Part shown: positions 1-10,914 of the stretch, one piece after another | How positions within the stretch are numbered: the stretch's first letter is position 1 | Layout: each line of letters opens with the position of its first letter | Assembly (NCBI GenBank): GCA_951406725.2 | Contig: OX597815.1 | Span: 51,460,001 to 51,524,000, forward strand | DNA length: 64,000 bases | From: Octopus vulgaris | Lineage: Eukaryota | Reading direction: 5' to 3' | Made by a program: the position numbers and the translations under genes | The notes under the pieces: generated by a model | What the model was told of the DNA's origin: nothing | The model's input: the letters and a program-made list of their open reading frames with translations, nothing else | The model's database searches: none

Positions 1-1099
1 GAATATCAAAGCTAAAATAAAATTAAAACAATGTGAAAAATAATAATTTCAACAAATGAGAGGGTAAAGGTGTGAAGACAAAAGATGGAGGTAAAAGAAA
101 ATTAGAAAGAGAGAAAAAGAAAGAGAGAGAGAACAAAATAGATAAAGATTCTGAGGAAGTAAAGAAAGAAAGGAAACAAAAAAAATTAGAAAATAGATAC
201 TTTGTAAATTGTCTTAAAAAGGTGGGAAAAAATATAGTATTGACTGAAAAAGATTAAAGACTCTACACTGAAAGAAAGTTTCAACTAACAAAGTATAATT
301 TTACTGATAAAACCAATGCCCAATAAAGATACTGTGATTTAGAAACCACACACTAAATTCTCCACCTTCATTCATTAGTGTATCAAAGCTTAATTATTAC
401 CTGAAGAAAATGTAATACTTTTCTTTTTTATAAGATTACATTAAAGTAACATTCAATTTATGATACCAAAAAAATATATCTAACAAGAAAATATTAAATG
501 GAAATACATTTTATAGAGTCAATTATATGAACGTCTTCTTGACCAATTTGAACAACAAAATTTCAGTTAAGCAGTCAATACAGTCAACACACTAGAATCT
601 CTTTACTTAATAACTATATAGTTTTGAATGTAGTTATAAATAATATCATGTCAGATATTTTTTATAGTTTACCATACCTTTCTAGATCACCTTTACTGTA
701 TTCAAAGAATGCTTCACCAAATAGTTGATATTTCTTTATTTAAACTCAATATAGACACATAAACAAATAAATGAGAATGCATGAAGTCTATGAAAATTGA
801 TTTTTGGTTAAATATTTGAAGAAGCAAAAGGAATTATATTCTGTATATCCTAACAAATTCTCTTCTTAATAGTAAAGTAAATGTATATACTTAATGGTGA
901 AGAATTATATTGGCAGAGTTCTATTGACTTTTGCACAGAGAGTAGCTATGTTTTATAATTGGAGAAGCAAAACAACTACATGATGATATTAGCTAATGAG
1001 TTCCAGCTTGGACTTCACACAGGTTAATAAAATTTAATATATTACTGCATTTTTGTTTTAAGTTTGGTTTGAAAGAAAGGGTTGTGCAGATCACATCAA

Positions 1100-1560
1100 G
1101 ATCAGTGAAATTGATGCTGTTAATGTCCTGCTTAAGCTGTTGCAAGTTGATGATGACAGCAGGAAAGACATCTGCAGAGAGGGAATTCCAGAGAGACAAT
1201 TTTCTGAGAAGAAAGGGTGAGCATAGAGTTAGTATGGGGCTTGTGGAAGTTGAATGTAATATGGGTGATAAGAGGAAGAAAGATGAGTTGAGAGTGGCCA
1301 AGTGGAAATGACAATCAGCTCCTAGAAGCAAAGGTTTTTGAAGTAGCAATAGAAATCACACAGAGGTGGGGGGGGGAGAAGCGAGGAGACAAACATCTTT
1401 GGGCCAGAGGGTGGAATGCGTTCAGGAATGACTTCATGCAAATCAGTCAAAATAATATTTCCCTCAATGAAATCTAAGATATCCATATATATGAAAGCAG
1501 TGCTACCCCAGATATGAGAACAGTACTCCTGTTAGAGTGACCCAGCAACTCATTCACAAT
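1100..1560 (-). mobile_element. Degenerate 3' end of a CR1/Jockey-group LINE ORF2
   Basis: Minus-strand translation gives EYCSHIWGS (~1506-1528), LCDFYCYFKNLC and LWNSLSADVFP..NLQQLKQDIN. These match the C-terminal motifs EYCSxIW / LFYRY / WNSLP of CR1/Jockey-like RTs. Frameshifted and stop-riddled. Confidence 0.7.
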
Positions 1561-1634
1561 GGTACAATCAACTTTGGTGCAAATGTCAGTCAACTACTAT
1601 ACTGGATGTTTCCAATCTTTAGTTTATTTCAGTA

Positions 1635-2017
1635 CTAGCTTAAAAGCCGCACTCTGTGTGGACTGTGAAGCCTGGGCCTGAGGCCAAAAACTGAAGAGTG
1701 CATTAATAATAAAGCATTTATTGATACCTCACCAATATGGTGTTACTTTAAATTCAGTTTAAATGAAAAACTTGTTAATTCACAAATTTTTGGAATTCTT
1801 TTAAAATTTGAATTTTCAATTGTTAACATATAACAAATCCTCATCCAGACCTAGTCCCAATGATGGATGTTCAAGGACCAAATGAAGGGCAGATTTTCAA
1901 TCCCGAGATCATCCTGATTCCAAAAACATCGAATATATCTATGTAGAGCACATGATGACTGAGATAGAGGGGTCCTGTATGGACGGAAAGACAAAATTTC
2001 ACATTTATTATTATAGA
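1635..2017 (-). mobile_element. Non-autonomous Helitron (~383 bp)
   Basis: The minus strand starts A|TCTATAATAATAAA (2017) and ends with hairpin CCACAC-AGA-GTGCGG (1647-1661) then CTAG|T (1635-1638). This gives TC...CTAG termini, a subterminal hairpin and an A|T target. Confidence 0.7.
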
Positions 2018-2792
2018 TATTTATATTTATATAAATCAATTTCATATTTTGAAGAAAACGAAGATGAAACATTATTCATAATTTGAAATAAATCGTCCTC
2101 CTTACGTATTACCCACTTAATTTTGGAGGCTTATCACAAGACATGTATACAGATATCTCCCTCCAAAACATGGAATCTTTATTTAAACAAGAATTCAGTT
2201 TAAATTTCTATTGTAACTTTTAAATTGCTGGCCTTGTGCCAAAATCTGAAACCAATACTAGTAGTGTGTAATATAGTTTTTTCAGTTCAATCCTAGGGAG
2301 AAAATGGATACAATTGCTGGCAACTAATTTTGAAGATAAAAGAAACTGAGCATCCTTCATTACATTTAAAATATATCATAAAGTAAGTTAGGCAGAAACA
2401 TAAGAACTCCATATTAAATGATTTGCAGTATTTTGTGTCATCTTTGATTTTCATTCTTCGTTTAGCCTTGTCTCGTCTCCCTATTTGCTCCCATTTCATA
2501 GCCACTCATCGTCTCCCCTAAAAATTGACTTCTCTGATACTTTCAAACCTACTTTCTTGCTATCACGATTAACAGAATCCTCTTGCTAGTTTGGGGTTGA
2601 CCCGCCCACCCACCCCCTCCACACATGCCGGAAGTTCCTATTCTTTTCATCCCTGGGTTGCTTCCCTTGAAGACTACAAATGCTCTTTCACCATCCCTAC
2701 CCCTAGTTTCGACCTAGGTAAGGTAATGATCATACAGTGCAAAATATGAATGGGTAGTGTTATGCAGGTTGAATTGAAGGCTACTGTATTAC

Positions 2793-5700
2793 TTGCTCAT
2801 GAATTCTGCCAAATGTGAGCTTTCTTTTCAGGTACATGAAGCTACTGTCCACCGACGCAGGGTCTCTAGGGCCCATACCTCCCACACCCTCAGGGTTGGC
2901 ACCCTCAATGTTGGCACACTGAAAGGTAGGTCTGGCGAGATAGTTGAGATGCTTGAACGGAGACGTGTGGATATATGTTGTATGCAAGAAGTAAGGTGGA
3001 GAGGAGGTTCTGCTAGGTTCCTCACAGGCAAGGAACACAGGTACAAGATTTTCTGGGCAGGGAACACTGACGGGGTTGGAGGCGTGGGTATACTTATCGC
3101 TGAGAAATGGGTAGATAAAGTAATTGAGGTAATCAGAGTATGCGACAGAATACTTAAGATTAGATTAGCGCTTCATCATAGTTTAGCAACCATTATATCA
3201 GCCTATGCTCCTCAGTCGGGGCTACCTGATGGACAGAAAGACCGATTCTATGACACTCTACTGCAGACTACCTCGTTGACGAACGACAGAGACCTTCTCT
3301 TTGTGGCTGGTGACTTCAATGGTCACGTTGGACGACATGCTGGGGGCTTCCACGGCGTACATGGAGGCTATGGCTCTGGTTCCCGCAACGAGGAGGGAAC
3401 CAGGCTGCTGGAGTTCTGCGATGCAAATAATCTTATGATTTGCAACACTAACTTCAGGAAACCTACCAGCCACCTAGTCACCTACCGATCGGGCCAACAT
3501 ACCAGCCAAATTGACATCCTTGCCAGGCAAAGGGAGAGATGGCTACTTATAAATGCCAAAACCTTCCCGGGCGAAGAATGCACCCCACAACATAGACTGG
3601 TAGTTAGTGACTTTAGGATCAGGAGTAGGAGGACAACCAGAAGACGACCAACATGGAGAAGAAGGATCTGGAAGCTTAAGGATCCTGTGAATGGACAGAG
3701 ATTTAGAGACATGTTACTTGAAGCCTTTGACGAAGTAGAAGGGGATAATGTATCACATGGGGTAGAGGACAACTGGACGTTTCTAAGGGACAACCTGCTG
3801 AGAGCCACTGACCAGATCTGTGGCTGGTGCAAAGTCCCCTCTCGCCCCAAGGTAACGTGGTGGTGGAACAGTGTCGTAGACAGGGCTATTAGAGAAAAGA
3901 GACAGACTTGGAAGCACTGGAAGAATGGTGGTAGCAGGGAATTGTATCAGACTGCTAAAAGGGAAGCTAGGAGACAGGTCTATCTAGCCAGAGGGGAAGC
4001 AGATAAGAAAAAATTTGCCAATGTTCTGCGCCGTGAGGACCAAAGACTGGAGGTGTTTCGCGTTGCAAGACAGTGTGTGAGAGAGAATTGTGATGTGGTG
4101 GGAGAGAAGTGTGTTCGCATGGAAGATGGTTCACTTGCGCTAAACGAGGATGCAAAGAGAGAGGCTTGGAGATGCCACTATGAAAGGTTGCTGAATAAAG
4201 AAAATGAATGGGATAAAGAGAGTCTGCCGAACGTTGACCCAACAGAGGGACCAGCTATCAGGGTTGATAGTTCCTTAGTAGCTAAGGCAATTAGAAGCAT
4301 GAAGACAGGGAAAGCCCCAGGCCCATCAGGTATCACTGCAGAGATGCTCAAAATATCTGGTAGTGTCGGCTATAGCCTAGTCACCTGTATAGTTAATCAG
4401 GTGATACATGAAGGAGTCATACCCAATGACTGGTGTAGCAGCATAATAGTCAACTGCTACAAAGGTAAAGGTGATGCCCTAGATACAAATAATTACAGAG
4501 GTATCAAGCTGTTGGATCAGGTGATGAAGGTTACAGAGAGGGTCATAAGCCAACTAATTAGAGAGAGAGTTAGTTTAGATGAGATGCAGTTTGGTTTCGT
4601 GCCAGGGAAAAGTACCACTGATGCTATATTCCTGGTAAGGCAGCTGCAGGAGAAATACCTAGCCAAAGATAAGGCCATGTACCTGGCTTTTGTTGACATG
4701 GAGAAAGCCTTCGACAGGGTCCCCCGATCCCTCATATGGTGGTCAATGAGGAAACTAGGAATAGAAGAATGGTTAGTGAGAGCTGTGCAAGCCATGTACA
4801 GGGACGCTGCTAGTAAGGTGAGGGTTGGAAATGAGCACAGTGAAGAATTCCGGGTAGAGGTAGGGGTCCACCAAGGCTCAGTCCTCAGCCCCCTCCTATT
4901 TATCATAGTCCTCCAGGCAATAACGGAGGAATTCAAGACAGGATGCCCCTGGGAGCTCCTCTATGCTGATGACCTTGCTCTAATTGCTGAGTCATTATCA
5001 GAACTGGAGAAGAAGTTTCAGGTGTGGAAGCATGGTTTAGAATCGAAGGGCCTTAGAGTCAACCTAGCTAAAACCAAAGTCGTAATAAGTAGGAAGGTAG
5101 ACAAATCACAAACGCCTTCAGGTAGATGGCCCTGCTCGATCTGTAGAAAAGGTGTAGGTAGAAACTCTATAAGATGCACCAAGTGTAAGCTATGGACACA
5201 TAAGAGGTGCAGCAATGTCATAGGAAGGCTAACTAGGAAGATGGTTTTTGTATGTGGCAGATGCTCGGGAGCATTAACCTCTGAAAATCTGCAGAAAACA
5301 ACTTCCGTCACTTTCCAGGGGGAAAAACTAGAAGTGGTTGATACCTTCCGTTATCTTGGTGACCAAGTCAGTAGTGGGGGTGGGTGTGCTGAAAGTGTAA
5401 CGGCTAGAGTAAGAATAGCCTGGGCAAAGTTTAGGGAGCTCTTACCTCTGTTGGTGACTAAAGGCCTCTCGCTCAGAGTAAAAGGCAGACTGTATGATGC
5501 ATGTGTACGAATAGCCATGCTACATGGCAGTGAAACATGGGCCGTGACTGCTGAGGACATGCGTAAGCTCGCGAGAAATGAAGCTAGTATGCTCCGATGG
5601 ATGTGTAATGTCAGTGTTCATAGTCGACAGAGTGTAAGTACCTTGAGAGAAAAGTTGGACCTAAGAGGAATCAGATGTTGTGTGCAAGAGAGACGATTGC

Positions 5701-5918
5701 ACTGGTATGGTCATGTGGTGAGAATGGATGAAGATAGGTGTGTGAAAAAGTGCCACACCCTGGCAGTTGAGGGGACCTGTGGAAGAGGTAGACCCAGGAA
5801 AACCTGGGTCGAGGTGGTGAAGCACGACCTTCGAACTCTAGGTCTCACCAAGGAAATGACCAGAGACCGAGACCTATGGAAGTATGCTGTGCGTGAGAAG
5901 ACCCGGCAAGACCAGTGA
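2793..5918 (+). CDS. RTE LINE polyprotein: APE endonuclease + reverse transcriptase with internal PHD-type zinc finger (first ATG 2799)
   Basis: 1041-codon open frame. EN motifs GTLNVGTL, CMQEVRW, SAYAPQ, AGDFNGH, QID, PQH. RT motifs GKAPGPSG, NYRGIKLL, QFGFVPG, FVDMEKAFDRV, GVHQGSVLSP, LYADD, FRYLG. RTE-type C-terminus MLHGSETW, WYGHV, RGRPRKTW. Confidence 0.96.
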   Translation: MLMNSAKCELSFQVHEATVHRRRVSRAHTSHTLRVGTLNVGTLKGRSGEIVEMLERRRVDICCMQEVRWRGGSARFLTGKEHRYKIFWAGNTDGVGGVGILIAEKWVDKVIEVIRVCDRILKIRLALHHSLATIISAYAPQSGLPDGQKDRFYDTLLQTTSLTNDRDLLFVAGDFNGHVGRHAGGFHGVHGGYGSGSRNEEGTRLLEFCDANNLMICNTNFRKPTSHLVTYRSGQHTSQIDILARQRERWLLINAKTFPGEECTPQHRLVVSDFRIRSRRTTRRRPTWRRRIWKLKDPVNGQRFRDMLLEAFDEVEGDNVSHGVEDNWTFLRDNLLRATDQICGWCKVPSRPKVTWWWNSVVDRAIREKRQTWKHWKNGGSRELYQTAKREARRQVYLARGEADKKKFANVLRREDQRLEVFRVARQCVRENCDVVGEKCVRMEDGSLALNEDAKREAWRCHYERLLNKENEWDKESLPNVDPTEGPAIRVDSSLVAKAIRSMKTGKAPGPSGITAEMLKISGSVGYSLVTCIVNQVIHEGVIPNDWCSSIIVNCYKGKGDALDTNNYRGIKLLDQVMKVTERVISQLIRERVSLDEMQFGFVPGKSTTDAIFLVRQLQEKYLAKDKAMYLAFVDMEKAFDRVPRSLIWWSMRKLGIEEWLVRAVQAMYRDAASKVRVGNEHSEEFRVEVGVHQGSVLSPLLFIIVLQAITEEFKTGCPWELLYADDLALIAESLSELEKKFQVWKHGLESKGLRVNLAKTKVVISRKVDKSQTPSGRWPCSICRKGVGRNSIRCTKCKLWTHKRCSNVIGRLTRKMVFVCGRCSGALTSENLQKTTSVTFQGEKLEVVDTFRYLGDQVSSGGGCAESVTARVRIAWAKFRELLPLLVTKGLSLRVKGRLYDACVRIAMLHGSETWAVTAEDMRKLARNEASMLRWMCNVSVHSRQSVSTLREKLDLRGIRCCVQERRLHWYGHVVRMDEDRCVKKCHTLAVEGTCGRGRPRKTWVEVVKHDLRTLGLTKEMTRDRDLWKYAVREKTRQDQ

Positions 5919-5964
5919 GAACAATTAAAATCAAATCATATATCAGAAAGCAGGGGTTAAGTGA

Positions 5965-6762
5965 CCCATCTGTTCGTGTCCGCTGTCAGCCTCGTCTGGC
6001 ACCCGTGCCGGTGATACGTAAAAGCACCATTCGCTCATGGCCGTTTGCCAGCTCTTCCTGGCCCCGTGTCGGTGGCACGTAAAAGCACCATCCGTTCGTG
6101 TTCGTTGCCAGCCTCGCCTGGCCCCGTGCCGGTGACACGTAAAAGCACCGTCCGTTCGTGGCCGTTGGCCAGCTCTGTCTGGCCCCGTGTCGGTGGCACG
6201 TAAAAGCACCATCCGTTCGTGGCCATTTGCCAGCTCTGTCTGGCCCCGTGTCGGTGGCACGTAAAAGCACCATCCGTCCGTGTCCGTTACCAGCCTCGGC
6301 TGGCCCCCGTGCTGGTAACACGTAAAAGCACCGTCCGCTCGTGGCCGTTTGCCAGCTCTGTCTGGCAACCGTGTCGGTGGCACGTAAAAGCACCATCTGT
6401 TCGCGTCCGTTGCCAGCCTCGGCTGGCCCCCGTGCCGGTGACACGTAAAAGCACCGTCCGCTCGTGGCCGTTTGCCAGCTCTGTCTGGCAACCGTGTCGG
6501 TGGCACGTAAAAGCACCATCCGTTCGCATCCGTTGCCAGCCTCGGCTGGCCCCCGTGCCGGTGACACGTAAAAGCACCGTCCGTTCGTGGCCGGTTGCCA
6601 GCTCTGTCTGGCCCCGTGTGGGTGGCACGTAAAAGCACCATCCGTTCGTGTCCGTTGCCAGCATCGCCTGGCCCCGAGCCGGTGACACGTAAAAGCACCA
6701 TCCGTTCGTGGCCGTTCACCAGCTCTGTCTGGCACCTGTGCAGGTGGCACGTAAAAAACACC
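5965..6762 (+). repeat. Tandem array of 13 ~60-62-nt units in the RTE 3' UTR, mostly alternating A/B
   Basis: Core CGTG(T/C)CGGTG(G/A)CACGTAAAAGCACC recurs 13 times (CGTAAAA at ~6017, 6078, 6138 ... 6750). Each core is preceded by hairpin GCCAG-n6-CTGGC. Confidence 0.95.
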
Positions 6763-9247
6763 CACTACACTCGCGGAGTGGTTGGTGTTAGGAAGGGCAT
6801 CCAGCCGTAGAAACACTGCCAGATCTGACTGGGCCTGACGAAGCCTTCCAGCTTCACAGACCCCAGTTGACCCGTCCAACCCATGCTAGCATGGAAAACG
6901 GACGCTAAACGATGATGATGATGATGATGAAAGAATGATAAAGTAAGTGTTAGTAATATACTAAGATTAATACAATCTCTATCCTTAAAACTACCAAAAA
7001 TTAACCTCATGCTTGATAAAAAGAAATCATTCTTTTTTTTTTATCAACACTTAGCATTTGGCTAGTTTTGTGTCATTTTAAGTTTTAAAGATTAGCTAAT
7101 TTCTTACAGTTAGTACTTTAATCATAATTAGGCTTACTGTGGTAAAGAGAGATAGTTTTCTTGGAATATGAAACCATTATGAATGAGAAGAGTCAATTGA
7201 CTAAAACAACTTTTAAATTTAGACTAAAGTAGCATTCACAGAGAGGGAGAGAGGAGATAGGTTTTTATAAAAAGAAAGGAGTATTTTTTAAACAAAATAT
7301 TCTATAACTAGTGGTGTCAATAAAAAAAAATTAAAGCAAACAGTTTATATACACTTTTGTATAAAAAAGATATGAATTCCACATCAAACTTCAAAGAGAA
7401 CGGGTATTACTCCAAAGCAAGACTATATCAAGTGGCTTATTTACCACGGTCATCATTGAAGGGTTGAGTGGGGATTTTAGAAAAAAAATGGTTTTCTGCA
7501 GAAAGCATCACTGTATTATTTGTTTATCAAACAAAAAAATATTGCTTTGTTTTTCATTCCAATACACACACATGCATACAACAAACACACACACATATAA
7601 ATGTTTATGTACATATATATATATTCAATGAAAGGGAAAAAGTTATTTCAAAATATATGAGAACAATCATATACACTTTGTTCAAAGGAAAACATTAAAA
7701 GACGTAGAAAAACTGGAAAGAAAGGTAGAATAAGGTATAGTTATTGTTTTGATTAGATATTTTCAGTAGTTAGTCTCTGGTGATACTGTCATCTTCCTTT
7801 AAGCATCTTGATGAAAACAGGAACAACACATTTTTCTTTTCACTTTTCACATTTGAACCACTCTCATGTACTTCAAAAGAAACCACAGAAAGATGATGCA
7901 GGCTTTTTTTTTCATTTTGTTTTGTTTTATTCCACTTTATTCTCCATAAGAATAATTGAAGAATTGTTGTAACCATTTTATAAACATCTGTATTCACAGT
8001 AGGAAACAGATGATATATTTTCAACAATAAAATATATCTTCTGTCTTCACACACTAAACATGTACATCAATAAGAGGCACACAAAACACTATAGTATAAG
8101 TGTGCATTCTCAACTATAGATCTGTGCACGCACATATGTATGAAAGGTAAGAGGAGGAACATACAATAAATGATTCCTTTGCTATGTAGCACATAAATAT
8201 TATTCAATAATGAAGACAAACAGCCATTAACTAAGTTAACAAGACGTGCCAAGTTAAGATCAGGAAGGGTGAAGACCTGGCCACCAAAGACCACTAGTAA
8301 GTCACAGGTATGCCAACCAAGCCATTTAAACTTTTAGCTTCTCTGCTTTTGCCCAATTAACTGTAGTATTTTCCATCTGCTACACTGTACCCAGCTTGAT
8401 GAGAGTGCTTTAAAATAAATTAACCCTTTTCTGCTCACATGTGCAAATTAATCAATTCAAAGAAATGGAATCTATGCAATTGTGAGTGACAGACTGGAAC
8501 AGTAATATCATCTCAAGAAAGATCAGGCATTAGGGAGTTTGGTAATAAACAGCAATGCTTCTATAACATTTCTCTTTTTCCAGCTAACATAGAAAATATG
8601 AAGAAGAAAATAACTTTGCAGAGTGATGCCTGGAATAGTAAAATAAATTTTGGTGCTTTCAGGTAGGGAAGAAGATTGGTAAGCAAGAGGGTGGGTAGGT
8701 AAGCAGGTTGGTAAGTAGGTGCATATGTGAAAATCACCTTTCTTCATTTCCTCAGGATACTAGATCAACAATAACATTACCTTTCTTTTATTTTAAAAGA
8801 ACAGATACTGAATTATCCTTTCTGTTAATCTCCAATCTTACATGAATCTTCTAAATAACATTAACAATCAATACAATAGTACACAGATATACACACACAC
8901 ATTTTGCTTGTATTTTATCAAAATTCTTTTTCCCAACAAAACTACTGCAGTGATAGTATATTCTTTGCTCCATCACTAAACAGGTTTCCTTACTTTGTCT
9001 AAGAGTAGACTCCACTATACATTAAATATTGGAGTGTTTGCTCTCTTAGATAGTTTTTATGCTAAGGTACAACAGCCATAAGAAAATGATACAAGTCTAA
9101 GATGAATGACTGTACACATCACATGCCCATGCCAGTACGGCATTCTCTCTTGCACTCAACACCTGATTCCTCTTATACCCAGTTTTTCACTCAGTTCATT
9201 TGTACTCAGTATTCATGCACAGTAATATTATACAAATATTATACACA

Positions 9248-9468
9248 GGTGGCAAGCTGGCAGGAACGTTAGCATGCCAGGCGAAATACTTAGCGGTATT
9301 TCATCTGTCTTTACATTCGGAGTTCAAATTCCGCCAAGGTCGACTTTGCCATTTATCCTTTCAGGGTTGATATATTAAGTACCAATTGTGTACTGGGGTT
9401 GATCTAATCGACTGGCCCCCCTCCCACAAAGATTTCAGGCCTTCTGCCTAGAGTAGAAAAGAATATTA
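9248..9468 (+). mobile_element. tRNA-derived SINE, family A (GGCGAGCTGGCAG head, ATT tail)
   Basis: Head GGCAAGCTGGCAGG..GTTAGC, B-box-like GAGTTCAAATTCC, shared body and end GGCCTT.TGCCTAGAGTAGAAAAG. At least 8 similar copies in the window. Confidence 0.85.
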
Positions 9469-9764
9469 TACAAACATCAGAGTATGCTTACATCATTTCT
9501 TTCCAGTCTTTGTAAGTCTTCTGCATCCAAAATCCACATTTAACTACAACGTAACATTGTCATTCCCTACACAAAAGTTATACAATCTATTCTTCATTCT
9601 GAGGTAAAAATTCATCATTACTAGTAAAGGTAGCAGCGCCCTGGACTTTTCCAATCTGTGCTTAACCAAGTGACTATACATTCAAAACAACCACTTCCTC
9701 TACTAATTATGTTACCTCAGCAACAGAACCTGTGAACTATGTCTAAGTCAGCAGGGCATTTAAG

Positions 9765-9975
9765 AAGTAGTTCTCCACCAGGGTCCATATGAGCAATAAA
9801 TTGATTATGCTTCTACAATACACAAGATACCTTAACAATTTTTTATACAATTCCTAATAATATTTAATTATAAAAATATAATAAGATTTTTTAAACACTG
9901 AATGGTTATGAAGGTTCATTCGAGTAAAACAAGACTCACAGGGGTCTATAGGTAAGAAGTGATTGAGAACCACTG
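9765..9975. mobile_element. hAT-type MITE
   Basis: Imperfect TIRs AAGTAGTTCTC / GAGAACCACTG (CAGTGGTTCTCAA type) flanked by similar 8-mers CATTTAAG / CTTTAAAG. Confidence 0.6.
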
Positions 9976-10878
9976 CTTTAAAGGGACCTTTTCTGAACAA
10001 AATACCTCAGCCTAAAAGCATTTAACATAGATACATTAAGTATGGGACATTGATAATGTTCACATTATAGAGCTACTTGTAACACAAAATTTTGACCTGT
10101 TATCTTTTAGAGAAAGGATTACTTTTACAATATGCTGCCCAGTTGGATCAAAATTGGATCCACACTGCTCCAAAGTAAATCTTTCAAGACAGCCAGGACT
10201 GTGCCAGTGTTCCCATTATCAACTCAAAGAAAATCCAAACACTATTATTGATAGTTATTTCATCAGCTCCAGAAGAAAAAAACAAACCCGGTTCTGGTTG
10301 GAGAATTTGAACTCAAAACCAAAAGAATGAAAATAAATATAACACTGAATTCAGTGTAGCATTCAGCTATCTCAGACACTTTCCACTTAAGGATGATGAA
10401 GATAGTGACACAAGGTAGATTCATGTGTACAGGTAAGAAGAGCTATAATAAAATACAGGTGTTGCTATCAAAACCAATATCCCTGAAATAATCCACTGGT
10501 GCGTAATAGAATCAGGTGTTCAGTGATAATGGTGATAAAGGCAATCCAGGTAATGATAAGGACAATAAAGCAAGCTAAACAGACAGAAATAGAGAGAAAA
10601 AGAGAGAGAGAAATACACTATACTGCTATGACAGTACCAACTAATGTTGCTAAACAAAGTTGCTCTTATAGAATTGCAGGTGGCTTTGATTATCACCATC
10701 ATCATCATCATCACCAATGGCAACAACAACAACACCAATAGTATAATGAAGAGTGGCAGGACATGTGTTTATAAAACTGGGGCAGAACTGCAAGAAAGCA
10801 GGTAAGGAAATTACTTCTGGTATTAAATCACTTTCATTTTCAAAATGGTGTAAGACTTGGATTAACAGTGGAATCACT

Positions 10879-10914
<36 letters not shown>

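Larger units (their letters stand above)
2450..6930 (+). mobile_element. Near full-length RTE-clade non-LTR retrotransposon (5' boundary uncertain)
   Basis: GC-richer block containing one EN-RT ORF, a repeat-containing 3' UTR, a terminal stem CGTCC/GGACG enclosing palindrome CCATGCTAGCATGG, and a (GAT)n tail at 6911-6930. Confidence 0.92.

Noticed and set aside
6060-6200. HDV-like ribozyme in the array units (CCAGCC-TCGCCT-GGC resembles P2/P3/L3)
   Set aside because: L3 lacks the correctly placed CC for P1.1, and there is no P4 or catalytic-C linker before the putative P2 partner.
5965-6762. CRISPR-like repeat-spacer array
   Set aside because: The linkers are not unique (two alternating types), there are no cas genes, and the context is a eukaryotic LINE 3' UTR.
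5943-6879. 272- and 297-aa minus-strand ORFs
   Set aside because: These are by-products of a GC-rich, stop-poor tandem repeat; the peptides cycle through frames.
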